Source: Chrysemys picta bellii (lineage: Eukaryota). Taken from it: 64,000 bases of DNA. The DNA lies in assembly GCF_011386835.1 (NCBI RefSeq), contig NC_088815.1, positions 12,338,001 through 12,402,000 on the forward strand, written 5' to 3'. The number at the start of each line of letters is the position of its first letter. Within the stretch, counting starts at the first letter, position 1. The notes under the pieces are model-generated. The model was not told the DNA's origin. It made no database searches and worked only from the letters and a program-made list of their open reading frames with translations. The position numbers and the translations under genes are program-made. Positions 35,001-48,112 of this stretch are shown piece by piece.

Positions 35001-36692
35001 GCCTGGCTCCGTTTCTGAGGTCACTAGGTGGCTGAGGCGAGAGGAATGTTATTTCTCAATGGTGGAAGTTTTTTGTGTTTTGGTACTTCACCCTCCCTTC
35101 CCCCCCCTTTTTTTTCCCTCTGGATGGAAAATCCCTCAGCAGCAGCGGCCGGCCGTGGTGGAGTGCCGGTGTCAGGGTTCCAGCTGCAGCTGTGTGCAGC
35201 TGGAGAGAAGGTTGTTAAGCCTATTCTGGGGGAGGGCAGAGGCTGTTTCCTTCCCCTTGGTTTGGATCGGCCTCTCTCCTCTGGGTCTGACCTGGGCTGA
35301 CCCGTAGCATCAAGCCTGCGTTTTGTGGGGCGCTGGCCCTGCCCTGTGGGGAGAGGGCTCTGCCCTGCATAGGGCACTGTATTCTCTTGAGTAACCAGGG
35401 CAGAGGACAGTCTTGTCAATAACAGGGGGGGAGGGCTCTGATTTCCTGCCCCCTCCCAGCTGGTACCAGTCTCCTGTTGTGCTGGTGTCAGGGCGCCTCC
35501 CTGCTGAGCCAGCCATCCATCCATCCACTGGCACCCACCCTGTTCTCATCCCCTGCTGGGCGGGGGGTGGGGGAAAGCAAAGGTTACATCAGGGCAGGCG
35601 CTTGGAGAGGAGGGAATGCAGCGTTCTGTGAGTCATCCGCATTTCTGGGAATCAGCAGGGACGCGCTCCCTGTATCTCCGGGGCTGGATTCGGAGACAGT
35701 AAATTAGATTTCCCTCCCCGGACTTGGCAACAGCCTGCAGGGTCCCTGCTGCTGGTTCGTCTCCCCCCGCCCCTCCCTCGCTTCCCAACGGATCTAGGAC
35801 AGCAGAATCCCTGGGGGAAACTGGCAGGATCCCCGGGACCTAGCACAACCATTCCTGTCCTGGGTGCGGACATTCCTCTCCTACCTGCGGGCGGGGAGGG
35901 GCGGGGGGGAGACGAATATTGCCCCATCCAGGGCGCTGGCTGGACAGGGAGGGGGCAGTGGCCTTGCTCCAATGGCCAGTGAACTCAGTGGGAGCCTTTC
36001 CATCCCTTCTGTGGGCGTTGGAGCGGGCTGGCTGGGCGGGATGTGTTTATGTTGGAGCATCCTGCTTTCTGGGGGGGGGGAGCTGAAAGAATGTGTGGGG
36101 GAGGGGAGCCATCCCACCCTGCCCCTGCTCGGAAGGTGGGGGTACCCAGAGGGGGCGTTCATTTGGTGGCAGGGATTGGTTGGTTCGGTAACTAGCAAGC
36201 CCGGGAGGGACCGGTGTGCCGGCGTTCACAAGGGGGAGCACTCGAAGGAAGGGGGATGGGGTGGGGGCAGGGGATGGGTTAGCTTGATGGCCCCCATCGG
36301 GGTTCAGGATTTGGGCCGGTGTTATTGAATGGGGGGAGCAGGCTACAGGGCTGGGCTGTGGGATGGGGTGGCCCTGGCTGCCAGGCTAGGGGAGAGGGGG
36401 TGCTATGGGAGGTTATCGGTTTTGGTGCAGGGCTAGTGAAATGGCTGGCTGTTTCCACTCCCTTCCTGGCAGGGCTGGGGCAGGGGAGAGGGGATGGGGT
36501 GTCTCCTGCGGGGGGGGGGGGGGGGGCAGGGGGGTTGGAATCTGGAGCTGTTTCCCTGCTAATCTCAGTGCTACCTCTGTTAAACCTGCTCCCGCCTCCT
36601 TGGCGTTTGCAAGAACCGGCTGGCGTGTGTGTGATGCCGAGGGTTGGATAACAGCCCCCCGACTCCCGGCCCTGCGCTCGGAGAGGAAGGGA

Positions 36693-36864
36693 TTATTTTT
36701 AGTGCTGCTGGGAGCCGACAGGCGGTGAGCTCACGCTCGCTCCAGGCTCTCCAGTTTCCTTGGCTAATAACAGCCAAGGGTCAGGAAGGGGTGCGCAAGG
36801 AGGAAGGTGTGAGTCAGGCTCACTGCCAGGAAGGAGAGGGAGCCTTGGGTGGTTGCTGACGTCA
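36693..36864. promoter_or_regulatory. MEF2 + AP-1 + CRE motif cluster (intronic)
   Basis: TTATTTTTAG 36693-36702, TGAGTCA 36810-36816, TGACGTCA 36857-36864. Confidence 0.45.
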
Positions 36865-39800
36865 AGGGGACCTGGAGGAGTCTAGAGAGACTTGGGGACT
36901 GTCACTGAGAGTGTGTGTGTGTGTGTGTGTGTGTGGGGGGGGTGACTGGTTTAAGAGGAAGGCAGGATTGTATAATGGCTGGAGGAAGGACACTGGGGAG
37001 CCAGGACTCCTGGGTTGCCTCCTCAGCTTGGGGAGGTGAGTGGAATCTAGTGGTTAGAGCGTGGCGGGGGGGACAACTGGGAGACAGGACTCCTGGGTTC
37101 TATCCTTGGCTTGGGGGGGGGGAAGTAAGTGTGTGTGGAGGAGAGACGGCACATCTGGATTATCTGCCACTGACTCACAGGGGAGTCCTGCCCCCCACCC
37201 CCTCTCTCTGCACCTTGGCTTCCTCCCCCATGCGATGGGGACAGTACCTGGAATGGGATGTTCATGAGGTTTCACAAGATCATGGTCGTAAACGGCTTTC
37301 AGGTCTCTGATGAGAGAGCAAGGCCAAAACTGTGCTCAGCTTGGGGGAGGGGGAAATGAACCCCACTTTGAGTCCCTCTGATTTAGCCCCAAAGTCTGGC
37401 CCACCCTGTACATGCTGGAAATGGTCAATATTTTGCCTGGTGGAAGGAATTGGCTGCTCCCCTCCACCCGCTTTCTTTGCACCTGAGCTGGTAAAAGATG
37501 ATCAGCAGAGGGTGGGGAGGGGGAAGGCCAGCGTGCTGTGGGGCTGATACCCAGCAGTGCCTGTTTCTTTAGGGGTGAGCGAGGAAGCTGGGTGGGGGTG
37601 GGGGAAGGCTCTCTGAGCCCCCTCCCATCTGGGGAGCCAGGCTTTTCTCCGTATGTTAATCTCCCATCTGGGAGGCTTTCCCCTCCCCGCTCCCGGAGAA
37701 CAAGGGAGCTGTCTCCATTGAGATGAGAAGGGGGGTGGAGGGGATTCTGGGGTGCCCCACACCCTCTCAAGGTGCCTCTCTCCTGGGCAGCGATGCTCCC
37801 GCACTGGAGACCCTTTGTTCGGCTGGCGGGGGCGAGCGCCGTGTGTTTGAATGGCTGGATGCTCGATTCGGGGGGAGGGGGGCTGGGAGTCGTGACTGCT
37901 GGGCCTTTGATTGAGGGGAATCTTTTGTGGCTGGAGGGAGGGGAATCGTGACTGGCGGGCATAGGAGGGGACTCTGCTGGTAGAAAAGGGCTTAGCTGGC
38001 CCCTCTCTCTGGGAGTGTGCATGAGGCGCTCACTGGGGCTGTGGGTTTATCGGGTGCATGTGCATTGGGGAGTCCAACCCCCCCTCCTTCCCGTGTCTGG
38101 GCGCACTGAGTTTTCCCTCCACCCCTTTACAGATGGAGAAACTGAGGCGCACAGAGGAACATGAGAGCCACAGAGGCTGGGATTAGATTGGGGGGGTCCT
38201 TCCCCTCTTCCCCTCCCCCCCCCCCCCACATCCAGGGCTCTGAGCAGGGTAGGTGGGCGCACACATCTCCTCCCTGGGCCGTCACCAGGATGGAGGAGTG
38301 TTCCCTCCCCCCAGCTGTAACCTCGATGGCCGAAGTTGCAGCATCTCTTTCACGCCCACCTCTTCCTCTGCGGCCTCCATCTGACGCTCGGGGGTTCGCT
38401 GTTATTTTTAAGCTGCTTTTCCCACGGCTTCTCAGAACTCAGCGTCTCTCTTGGATGGTGGTGGGGGGGGGGGGGGGGAAGGGTGGGATCCTGGTATGAG
38501 GCCGAAGCTATTGCTGGGGCTGGGGAGAAGCGGGTGTAGGGGGAGTCCCCGCTGCTGGACAAGCTAGGGCGGGGGTGGCGCTACCCCGGCCAGAGGAGAT
38601 TGGTGCTGGGCACGGGGGTAGCTGCAGACAGCAGGGCTGGCTGGGTGCACAGCTGAGAACAGAGGCCTCCCTTCTGTTCTGTGGGGGTGTATGGATTGCA
38701 CCCCGTTTGGCAGGCTGAGGGCAGGAGGATCTGTCTGCATCTCAGGCGCTTACAGCCCAGCGCCACCCGGCTTAGACAAATATTTATCCTTGCCAAGCAA
38801 AGGCAGGGAGCGAAGTGTTTGTTCACGAATCCTCCCCTCCCTTCCCAGGACCCTCCTCAGCCAAGAAGCAGAGGGGCCGATCCTGCCCGGTCCCTCACCC
38901 GGTGTTGGGCTGCTGCCGATTGAAAAGCCACCCGTCCCGCTGCACTAGGGGTGGGCGGGGTGGACCCATGACCGATCCCTGCTGGGGTGTCCTTCCCACT
39001 AGGGGGTGTATGTGACTAAACATCAGCATGGCCTGGCCGCCTCCCCACAACCAGGATTGCTGTGTGTGTGTGTGTGTCTGCCCTGTCCCCCCTGACTGGG
39101 TGGGGGTGGGGGGCAGAGGCATGGCCGTACACCCCCAGAGCCCTAAGGGAGCTCGTGGGGTGGGATGGTAGAGAAATCGGCTGCAGTTTGCTGGCTGGAA
39201 GGGTCAGAGGTAGTTGGGATCCTCCGCTTCTGAGAGCGGGGACAAAGGGGTGAGCTGGAGAGGAGGCTGAAGGAATAGCACCCCCCCCCCCCCCCCCCCC
39301 CCGCCTGGCGAGGGTTAAAGCCGGCCCGCCTGGCGGGTGGAATCCTAAGTGGCAGTGGGGGGGCCCTGAGGCAGCACTGAGCTGGGCCTTTAATATTCCC
39401 CCTACCTTTCCCCAGAGCAGATGGCGGGTGATTTACGCTGCCAGGCACTGCCTAGAATGAGTAATGAGTGTGTGTGTGTGTGTGGGGGGGGTGCTGTTGG
39501 GGGGGCATGGGGAGGGGTTTTTCCAGCAGGCTGTGTTCCCCCCCCCTCGCCCCACAAACCTATCTATGATTTGGGCATCCCGTGCTTTTTTAGGAGTTCC
39601 CTGCTCCTCTCCCCTCCCAGCTGCTCCATCACCTGCCACTCTGAGCTTGTGGGTTTTGGGGGGGCGGGGGGAGTGTGACTGACTCCTCTCCCCTCCCCCC
39701 ATTGTAGGTGTTGGGGGGGCGTTGAGGCTCTCTGCCTCTTGGTGGCCTTTGCACTTGCTGCTTGAGTCATGCTGCAGAGGGGCTCGCCCGCCCCCGGAGC

Positions 39801-42800
39801 GCTGCGCTGGGGGTACACGTGTCCTTGCCTGCCCCCTCACAGTCCTCTAGTCGCCTTCCTGAATCGCTGCCCTCCCCCCCGGCCGGTCCCTGGCCACGCA
39901 CACACCTGGCTGGGGGCTGCTTCACCTTGCCTTGCTCTACGTGACTTGGCGGCTCTGCTCCGGGGGGGCAGAAGTGCCCCCATGCCCAGGGGAAGGCTCT
40001 GAGGCCAGGCCTCCCCCATCCCTTCACTTCTAGTGCTAGGCAGCGGAGCTGTGGGTATCGCAGGAGCTGGGGGCCGGCGGCACAGCCCTTCAGACTGGCC
40101 CCCCTCCCTGCCCCCTCTATGTGGTTTCCCTGCCTGTCTGAGCTGCAGGTGGCCCGGGCACCCACGCTCCCTTGGCACGGGGTGGGTTCCTGGGGGCTGC
40201 GATGTCAGCTGCCTTGGGCCATGGTAACCTCTGTTGTGGGGTCTGCACGGGTGGGGATGGGGGAGTGAGTCTCTTCCCCCTTCCTCGCACAGCGCGTGAT
40301 ACAGGGTTGGGGGGTGGGGGCTCCCGTAGAAGGCGCTCTGTGGTCGCCCTCAGCGAGTGACACACAGCGCTGGTGGGCTTGGCTGCAGAAAGGTCAGGGG
40401 TGCATGTAGGGGGAGCTGCGAAAGGGTGACTAACGGCTCGTGGGTGACAGCTGCTGGGTGGGCAGAGCGTGTGAGCTGGCTGGGCGGCGGGGGCTTCGGG
40501 AGAGCCCCCTTCAGCACAGATCCTGTCGGTGAAGCGACTTTACCCCTGGGGGGCAGGGGGGACTCCCTGCCCAGCTGGGCCTGGATGGCCAGCCTCCCTT
40601 CTCATGCCACCACAACGGCCCCCCAAGGCGCTCGCTCGGCTCAAACCCGCCGTCGACTCGGGGTTGTATACGGGGGCTCTGTGGTGATATACACTCAGTG
40701 ACCCCCCCCCCCCCCCCAGCCTCTCTCTGTCTCTCTTGCCTCCCCTTCCTGGTCACCCGAGTCCATGGGATCTGATCAGCGACTAGGGAGATTAATTTCT
40801 CCGGCCGCGCCTTCCCCCTGGTGAATGGTCGGAGGATTCAGCAGCTGTGTTTCCCTCTTCCCCCACCCCCCCAAGTGCTGACTTCTTCCTCTCACCCCCC
40901 AGCTCAAACCCCGGAGGCCCCTCCTCTCCCTGCAGCCTCGCTGATTGGGGTGGGGAATATGTCACAAGGCAGCGTGGCAGATGGGGGGGGGCACCCGTCC
41001 TGAACTGCCGGACCTTGTTGAGGGTGCCCATACACCCAAGTGCTGTGGGGCTCAGGGTGTGGTTTGATACATGGACAGCTTGGCTTTCCCCAGTCCCTTG
41101 GTCCTGCTCGTTAGCCTGCCAGTTAATGAGAGCCCAGCTAGTGGGAGATTGGACAGAACTGGGGCAAGGTGGCATATCTTTGTGCTGAGCACTGGATGGA
41201 GCAAAATTCCTGAGCGTGAAATCCACAGTGGGTTTTCCCCCTGGGCTCAGTCTTCCTGGTTAAAGGTCCCGCTGGAGAGCTCCAGCTGTTGGGGGAATTC
41301 CCCTCTTCCCAGCATCCCCCAGGGATGCTCTGAAATCCCAACAACCTTTCCAGGACTCTTGCAGATAGTTCAGTGGGTGGTTCTTTGCAATCCTTCTGTG
41401 GCTGCTTTCCCCTGGACTGAGTCACTGTGCAGGGATTTGGCTCCCGTGCAGCCCTGGGACCCAAAGATCTAACTCCGAAATGGCCACTGAATTGTCTGGG
41501 TGTCTGTTTCTGGGCCCCCGGAGTTGGGTCCCGGCAGCTCACGTTGACATAGGTTGGGCTTGTGGGTGCTGAGTGTCTCTGGAAGAAAGTCCAGCCCTGG
41601 GTGTCTCACATCAGAGTCTCTGTAGGATGGGAGACCCAGATGTTTCCTTTCCCCTTTTAAAGATCAGACATGTCGTCTGCCTTTGTTTCGCAGGTGTGTG
41701 AGATGGGCCTCCATGCCCAGAAACTGGGTTTACCCAGTCCTTGAACAGGGCAAGTAGTCCGCTGAGGAACTTGCCACAAGTCCTATCCAAGAAAGAAGTG
41801 GGCTTAGCCCCTTGGGCTGGAGGGGTGCAGTGCTTTGTAGTGGGAGCCCTGAACATGCCAGCTGAGTCATATTACAGCTCCTGGGAGGGCTACTATTGAT
41901 CCAGATGGGGCGAGGAGCAGGGAAAATGGGGGTGAATCCCCAGCAATGGCTGTGACCTCCTTGGAAAAGAGGGAGTCAGGTGACTTTTTTTGGCATCCCG
42001 TGTGACTGTCGGCTGTCTCCCCGTCCCCTGCCACTGTCTCAGGTGCAGCAGGCTTGGCAGGCGCTAGACTAGCCAGGGAAGAGAAGCCTCTTTCAGGCTA
42101 TAGGGAAATGCAAATGCGCAGCTGTGCAAATGAACAGGGGTGCGTGTGTCACTGGGGTGGGGGTGAGCAGAAAGCGTCTGCAGTAACCACCATAAAGAGT
42201 GTGTCAGAGGGTGGATTCCAGCCCCCGCCGCTGGACCTTGTCCCGTTTGGGGGGGCCCCCCCACGCCCAGCTCTGGTTAATCTCCTCCTGTGCACTGCGG
42301 GGAGTGGCTGTGCGGGCAGGTTTATCACCAGGGTGGGGTGGCGACCCTCCCCTGTTTTTTTTTGTAAAAGCCGCCTCCGTCAGTTTGCTCCCTTGGCACC
42401 ACGGGTCACATGGGAACAAGACGTGGCAGGCGAGTCCTGCGGGCCTTGATCTTTAACCCATCAGGGTCACACCCCGCCCCTGGTGTCCTGCTGGAGATCT
42501 GGGAGGACCTTGCAGATAGGGACTCCCAAGGAGCAAGGGGTGCCTCTTCTAAAAGGCCCGGCTTCTCAGTTTTAGCCCTGACGTGCCCCACCCCAGGCAG
42601 CTGCCCCCACTCTGCTGGGCTCTTGGCACGCTCCCCCTTTCCTGCTTCTGCTCATGGTGCTGATGCCCATGTGTCTCTGGGATGGCAGTGGGCTCCTTCC
42701 AGGCCCATCGCCATGCTGCAGGGAGCGCGGCCCTTCTGCACATGGGCTGGGAGAGGGGGCAGAGAGAGCTCACATGGGTGGGGTGGTGGTGGTAAGATAA

Positions 42801-43272
42801 TGGTGGGGGGAGAGTGGGATACAGACGGCGTGTGTGTGTGTGTGTGTGTGGGGGAGATATGGCTTCTGGGCCAAGTACCTACCCCAAAGCACACCTACAG
42901 CTCCCCACCCCTAAATGATCAAAGCAGCCTTTCAAATCGCGCCGCCCCAAGTCCTGTGATCAGTCTGCTTGGGGTCAGCTCATGAGGAGCCCGCGGGTGC
43001 CCCCCACCAGGAGAACTCCTGTTCCCTCATTGGGTCGGGGGGGCAGAAGGGCATAGCTGGGCAGTGGGGAGAAGGCAGCGCCACTTGGCAAAGTCAAACC
43101 AGCCCTGAGCTGTCCAGTCCCGTTCCTCGCCCCCGTATCTCGGAACCGGTGGCACCGGGAACCGTTCTGCTTCCCCTTTGCCGTGGGCCGGACTTTGCTG
43201 GTGCCCCCACCTCACCCAAGTGCTGCTGCGCCATGATCGAGACGGTGACCCGAACTCCTCTTCTCTTCTCAG

Positions 43273-43665
43273 GTCAATGACTTCCTGTCCGGAAGGTCCC
43301 CGCTGACGCTGGCCCTGCGGGTCGGCGACCACATGATGTTCGTGCAGCTCCAGCTGGCAGCTCAGCAGAGTGGGGGGCAGCTCCAGCATCGGCATGTCAT
43401 CGCCAGCCGGGGGGAGCCCGGGGCAGCGGCCGGCCCCACCCCCCAGTGCAGGACGCTGCACGGAGGGACCAGCTCCAACTTCGCCCGCATCCCCGTGGTG
43501 CCCACCTGCCAGCAGAGCCCCGCCCCCAGCCCCACCCCCTCGGCACAGGCCACACCCATGTACTGTAACGCCGCCCACCCCGCCCCCGTCACAGCCGGGA
43601 TGTTCCGGTCGCATGGGGCCAGCACGCAAACGGTTAACAGCAGCGTCGTCTCCTCCTGCTCAGAG
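43273..43665 (+). CDS. MIDN: MIDN coding exon 4 (393 nt), Catch1 and linker
   Basis: Acceptor ctcttctcttctcag; [31 protein letters not shown]...SSCSE; donor GAG|GTGAGT. Confidence 0.97.
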
Positions 43666-43714
43666 GTGAGTCTGGCTTTAAAAAATAAGTCTCTTAGGTG
43701 GGGAGAGAAAAGGG

Positions 43715-43950
43715 GAGAGCTGGGCCTCAGGACTCCTGGGTTCTATTCCTGGCTCTGGAAGGTGACTGTTCTCTAGTGGTTAGAACAAGGCCTTGTCTAT
43801 ATCCACTCCTCCCACTGACAGGTTACATCCCCACTTCATGCCTCAGTTTCCCCATCTATAAAATGAGGGTGTTGTGAGGCCTTGCTACATTTTTTTCCAA
43901 ATGCTGTGAGATCCTGAGGCAAATGGTGCCAGAAAAGGGCATAGTGTGTG
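43715..43950 (+). mobile_element. MIR/CORE-like SINE (intronic)
   Basis: caggactcctgggttctattcc...tagtggttagaa; core tgcctcagtttccccatctataaaatg. Confidence 0.7.
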
Positions 43951-44239
43951 GTGGTGGTTTATCGCAAAGCGTAAGGCAAAGATCTGCTCTAGCTTTTGGC
44001 AGGGGGTGGCGGGGGAGAGGGTTTCCCTCAGAGAGAGAAGCTATCCAGGCTGGTCTGTGTACTGCCTCTTGTGCTTTGACTGCAAAATGCTTATAGTCCG
44101 AGGAAAACCCCAGCCTGCCATGGGAAGAAATATCCAGCAACCCTCCAGTCTCAAAATAGGATCATTGCTTATCAGACTAATCACAATCCTTGGCTGGCAT
44201 CTTTCATTGCCAAGTACTTCCCGAAGGCAGGCAGACCCA

Positions 44240-44760
44240 TTATCCCCATTTCACAGATGGGTAAACTGAGGCACAGACGGGGAAAGCGAATCACGCAAGA
44301 TTTCGCAGCAGAGCTGCGAGTAGAGCCCAGGTCGTCTCGTGCCCTAACCACTAGACCATGCTCCCTTCCTAGAGAGCGGGTTTCTTGGTCCGAATGGGTT
44401 CATGGGTCTTGAACGCTCAAGACCCAAATGTAAGGCAGATGATGGTAGCATTGAAGATGCCCTCTAAATCATTTTCTTCACTGTGAACGGGGCTTGGCCG
44501 ATGGCGGGTTTGAAATCTGGCTGATTTCAGGTGTTGCTTTTGGAAGTGCCCTGTGACTGCATGGCCTAGTTGATGTAGCACTGGACTGGCATGCAGAAGA
44601 CCTGAGTTCTGTTCCTGGCTCTGGCCTGCTGGGTGAACAAGTTGCTTCACTGCCCTGTGCCTCAGTTTTCCCCATTGGTAAAATGGGGATAATGACGCTG
44701 CCCTCCTTTGTAAAGTGCTTTGAGATCTGTGGGTGAAGAGCATTACTTAAGAGCTAGGGA
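44240..44760. mobile_element. Two MIR/CORE-like SINEs in opposite orientation (~44240-44365 minus; ~44560-44760 plus)
   Basis: cccatttcacagatgggtaaactgaggcac and ctgtgcctcagttttccccattggtaaaatggggataat. Confidence 0.7.
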
Positions 44761-44976
44761 CGATGATGATGATGATTATGGGATCGCCCTGCGTGGGTGT
44801 GGGTACTGCCTTGTCCCAAAAGGTTGAGGGGAAAAAACCTCATGCCTTATGCTGGCCAAGGAAATAAGATTGTAACCCTGGGAAAGTTTGGATGTGGGAC
44901 TTTTCCCCCCAGCCACCCATTGAGCTAGGGGCAGGAGCCTTCTGGCCCACTGGTGTCTGTTTCTAATGGCTAATAA

Positions 44977-45192
<216 letters not shown>

Positions 45193-45606
45193 TGATGCCA
45201 TGGGCGAGCGCCGGTGCGCGTGGCTGGGGAACTGGAGAGTGTCTCTTTTCACACTGCTTGTGCAGAACAATGGGGAGGGGAGAACCAGGGCTGGACCAGG
45301 GCCCAGGTTGGTGAGGGCAACTTTTGATGGCCAATGAGAGCTGAGTTTGATGGGTCTCTTCCTACCTCAGCATCCTGCCTGGGATGGGGGCTCATGCCAG
45401 CTTTGGCTGCCAGCCTTCCAGGGAGATTCAGTGCATTGACGACCCCCCCAGGGCCCTGCACTGTGTTCCGAGGCCATGGGTGGGTCACAAAGATGCTTAT
45501 GGGGAGCCCCTGAGGGGTGGCAGAGTGTGCCAAGGGTTGGGCTCCGCTACTGCCCCTACAGGCAGCATGGCATGACGTGTCCCCCCCCGCCTCTTCTCCC
45601 CTGCAG

Positions 45607-45900
45607 GCACTTTGCACCCCAACTGCCAGGACAGCAGCGGGCGGCCCCGGCGTGACATCGGCACCATCCTTCAGATCCTCAATGACCTCCTGAGCGCCAC
45701 GCGGCACTACCAGGGCATGCCTCAGTCCCTGACGCAGCTGCGGTGTCAGACGCAGTGCGCCCCCTCCTCGCCCCCGCCCTCCCCGGACCCCGCCAGCAAA
45801 ACTACCTCAGAGAAGCTGACGTCCGCGACCGCTGTGGCCTCGCAGCCCCTGCACTCCGTGGTCCAGTGCCAGAGCCAAATCAGGATGTGCAAGCCCAGTG
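45607..45900 (+). CDS. MIDN: MIDN coding exon 6 (294 nt), Catch2 and pre-helix linker
   Basis: Acceptor cttctcccctgcag; [37 protein letters not shown]...[10 protein letters not shown]; donor GTG|GTAAGT, phase 1. Confidence 0.97.
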
Positions 45901-48055
45901 GTAAGTCCTGCCCCGTGACTGCCCCCCCCCCCCCCCCCACGTGGCCCTGTGGCCTAGCACAGGCCTCCCGCTGTGGCTGGGTTTGCTTGTCCCTGTTGCA
46001 GGCCTTGTCATTAGGGAAGCTGTGATGTGTCCACGGGAACTGGGCTGGACTGGGCCCGCGTGATGCTGAGAGTGCTGCCTGGGTCCTGGCAGCCCAATGA
46101 TTTCCCCCCCCCTCCCCCCCAGTGGTGTGCGGCTGGAGGTCCAGCCGAGTGAAAGTTAAAGGCCATCAGAGGCAGGAGGCTGGTTCTGCTGTTCATCTTA
46201 GCTGGGATAGGCCAGTGCCGAGCTCAGAGGGAAAGGGCCGGGGTGGGGCTTGTGTATCTCTTCCCCCATCCCCAGGTCCTTGGTGGGCTGCGGGGCCCCT
46301 GCTGACGACAGAGGAAGTGTGGGTGAAGGCCTCCTTCCTTCCCACCCCGGGTCTCTAGCTGGGATTTGCTTGCTCCGATTCACTTCCTCTGCGTATCCGG
46401 TTCCGTCTGCCTCTTTGTTCTGTAACTGTCCTGATGGGGCTTCCAGCCAACTGGGGGGGAAGGGGGGGAGGGGAGGCAGCAGAGGGGGAGGGTGAAAAGC
46501 CATGTGTTAATTCCGGGTTCCCAAGGACCATGATTTACCCTTCGCCGAAAGAAGGCAGAGAGATGGGGCCCGGTTCTGGTTGCAACCCTTGGCTAGAAGT
46601 GCTGGGGTTAACTCCCCTTGTAGAGCTGCCTGTGCTCAGACTGCACCCTATGTTGCAGAGTGAAGGGAGCCTGTTTGTTTGCCTATTTATTTATTTGAAT
46701 GAATGGCCCTTTGCCATCTTGTTCCCAAAGCCTCTTGGCCTAGGACCCCCGTCTGTAAGGACTGCAGAAGGCTACCAGCAGAATAATTAAACCAACCGAG
46801 GGTGTTGATTGACAGGTGTGATAGGGGTGCTCTGTTTACACCGCACAGTAGCCCATGGGCTCAAAGGTGTTTAGGTTCCTGATTCCTTGATTTCAGTGGG
46901 AGCTAGGGGCCAAAATAACAGTGAGGATCTGGCCCTATAGAAATGGAAGGTCCCTGCCCTGACAATCTTACAGTGCGCATCAGTGCTTTGCTTCTGCCGG
47001 TGCTATTCTCTTTAGGTCTTCTGCTTAGGATTTGCATATTAAAATGTATTGTTGTGCCTATGCTTTCCTGGCTAGACACTGATTTGGAGTGATGCATAAT
47101 CGCTCCATTGATACCGGGTCCCTCCAATGCTCTCCCCCTCCAATGGGCAAGCCGGGGGCTATGCATTTAATGTGCAAGTTTCTCTCCTTTTTTAAAAAAA
47201 AAATATCTCTTGGCTCCCAATTTGCATCTCATCAGTGCAGTTAAGGCGCTCAGTGGTTCCCTGGGGAATTTGCAAACCTATTACCTGTTTCTTATCTGCG
47301 TGTTTACCTTCCCCCTCCAACCCTACTAGGGGGTATGTGTGCGCAGTGAGTTACCACCTGGGTTGCGTTGCCCCATTCAATGAGCAGGGGCTGTAGCTGG
47401 CTGGTTACTCAAACTGGGTTCTTCCAGTGACATAATTTGGCAGCTTTAAGAAGAGACAGTCAATTTTGTTTCCTGTTTGGTGAATTGGACTCCGGGGGAG
47501 GGGGAAATGAGTCCTGGCATTAAAAATAAAATCAAATGAAAACCTAAGACTTAAAATCAAGAGTCAAGATTTTCACTGGTGAATTTTGGGAGCCCAACAT
47601 GATCTGATCTTCAAAAAAGACCCTTGGCATATTGGGCCCCTCTATTATACTGCCTGGCAGTTTTCATCCATAGATCTCAGAGCGCCTGACAAAGGATGTC
47701 AGTTTTATGATCTCCCCCCGACCCTTCACAGATGGGCAAGACTCTGTGCCTCAGTTTCCCCCAAGGTTACCCAGCAGGGCCGGGGCAGAGGAACAGAACC
47801 CAGTCCCACTGTTGTGCCCTAGCCACTAGATGTCTCCAGTCGGAAGGACACCCCAAAAATCGCTAGTTACTTGTGAGAATCTTGGCTAAGGATTGTGTAA
47901 GCTTTTAGGGGCAGGGGCTGCGCACACCTGTGTGTTTTTTGTATAGCACCCGTTAAAGGGGGAGGGGTCCTAAGGCTAATCAGGCCAGCTGTGAACTATA
48001 TAAGTTGGTGTTCATAGGTGTGACCTTGAGGCTTGGTGGCATGGTTCTGGAGGAA

Positions 48056-48105
<50 letters not shown>

Positions 48106-48112
48106 CACGTGT
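48056..48112. repeat. (GT)n microsatellite flanked by CACGTG
   Basis: Direct reading. Confidence 0.95.

Noticed and set aside
43027-43629. 200-aa antisense ORF
   Set aside because: Mirror frame of GC-rich MIDN exon 4; starts at TTG.
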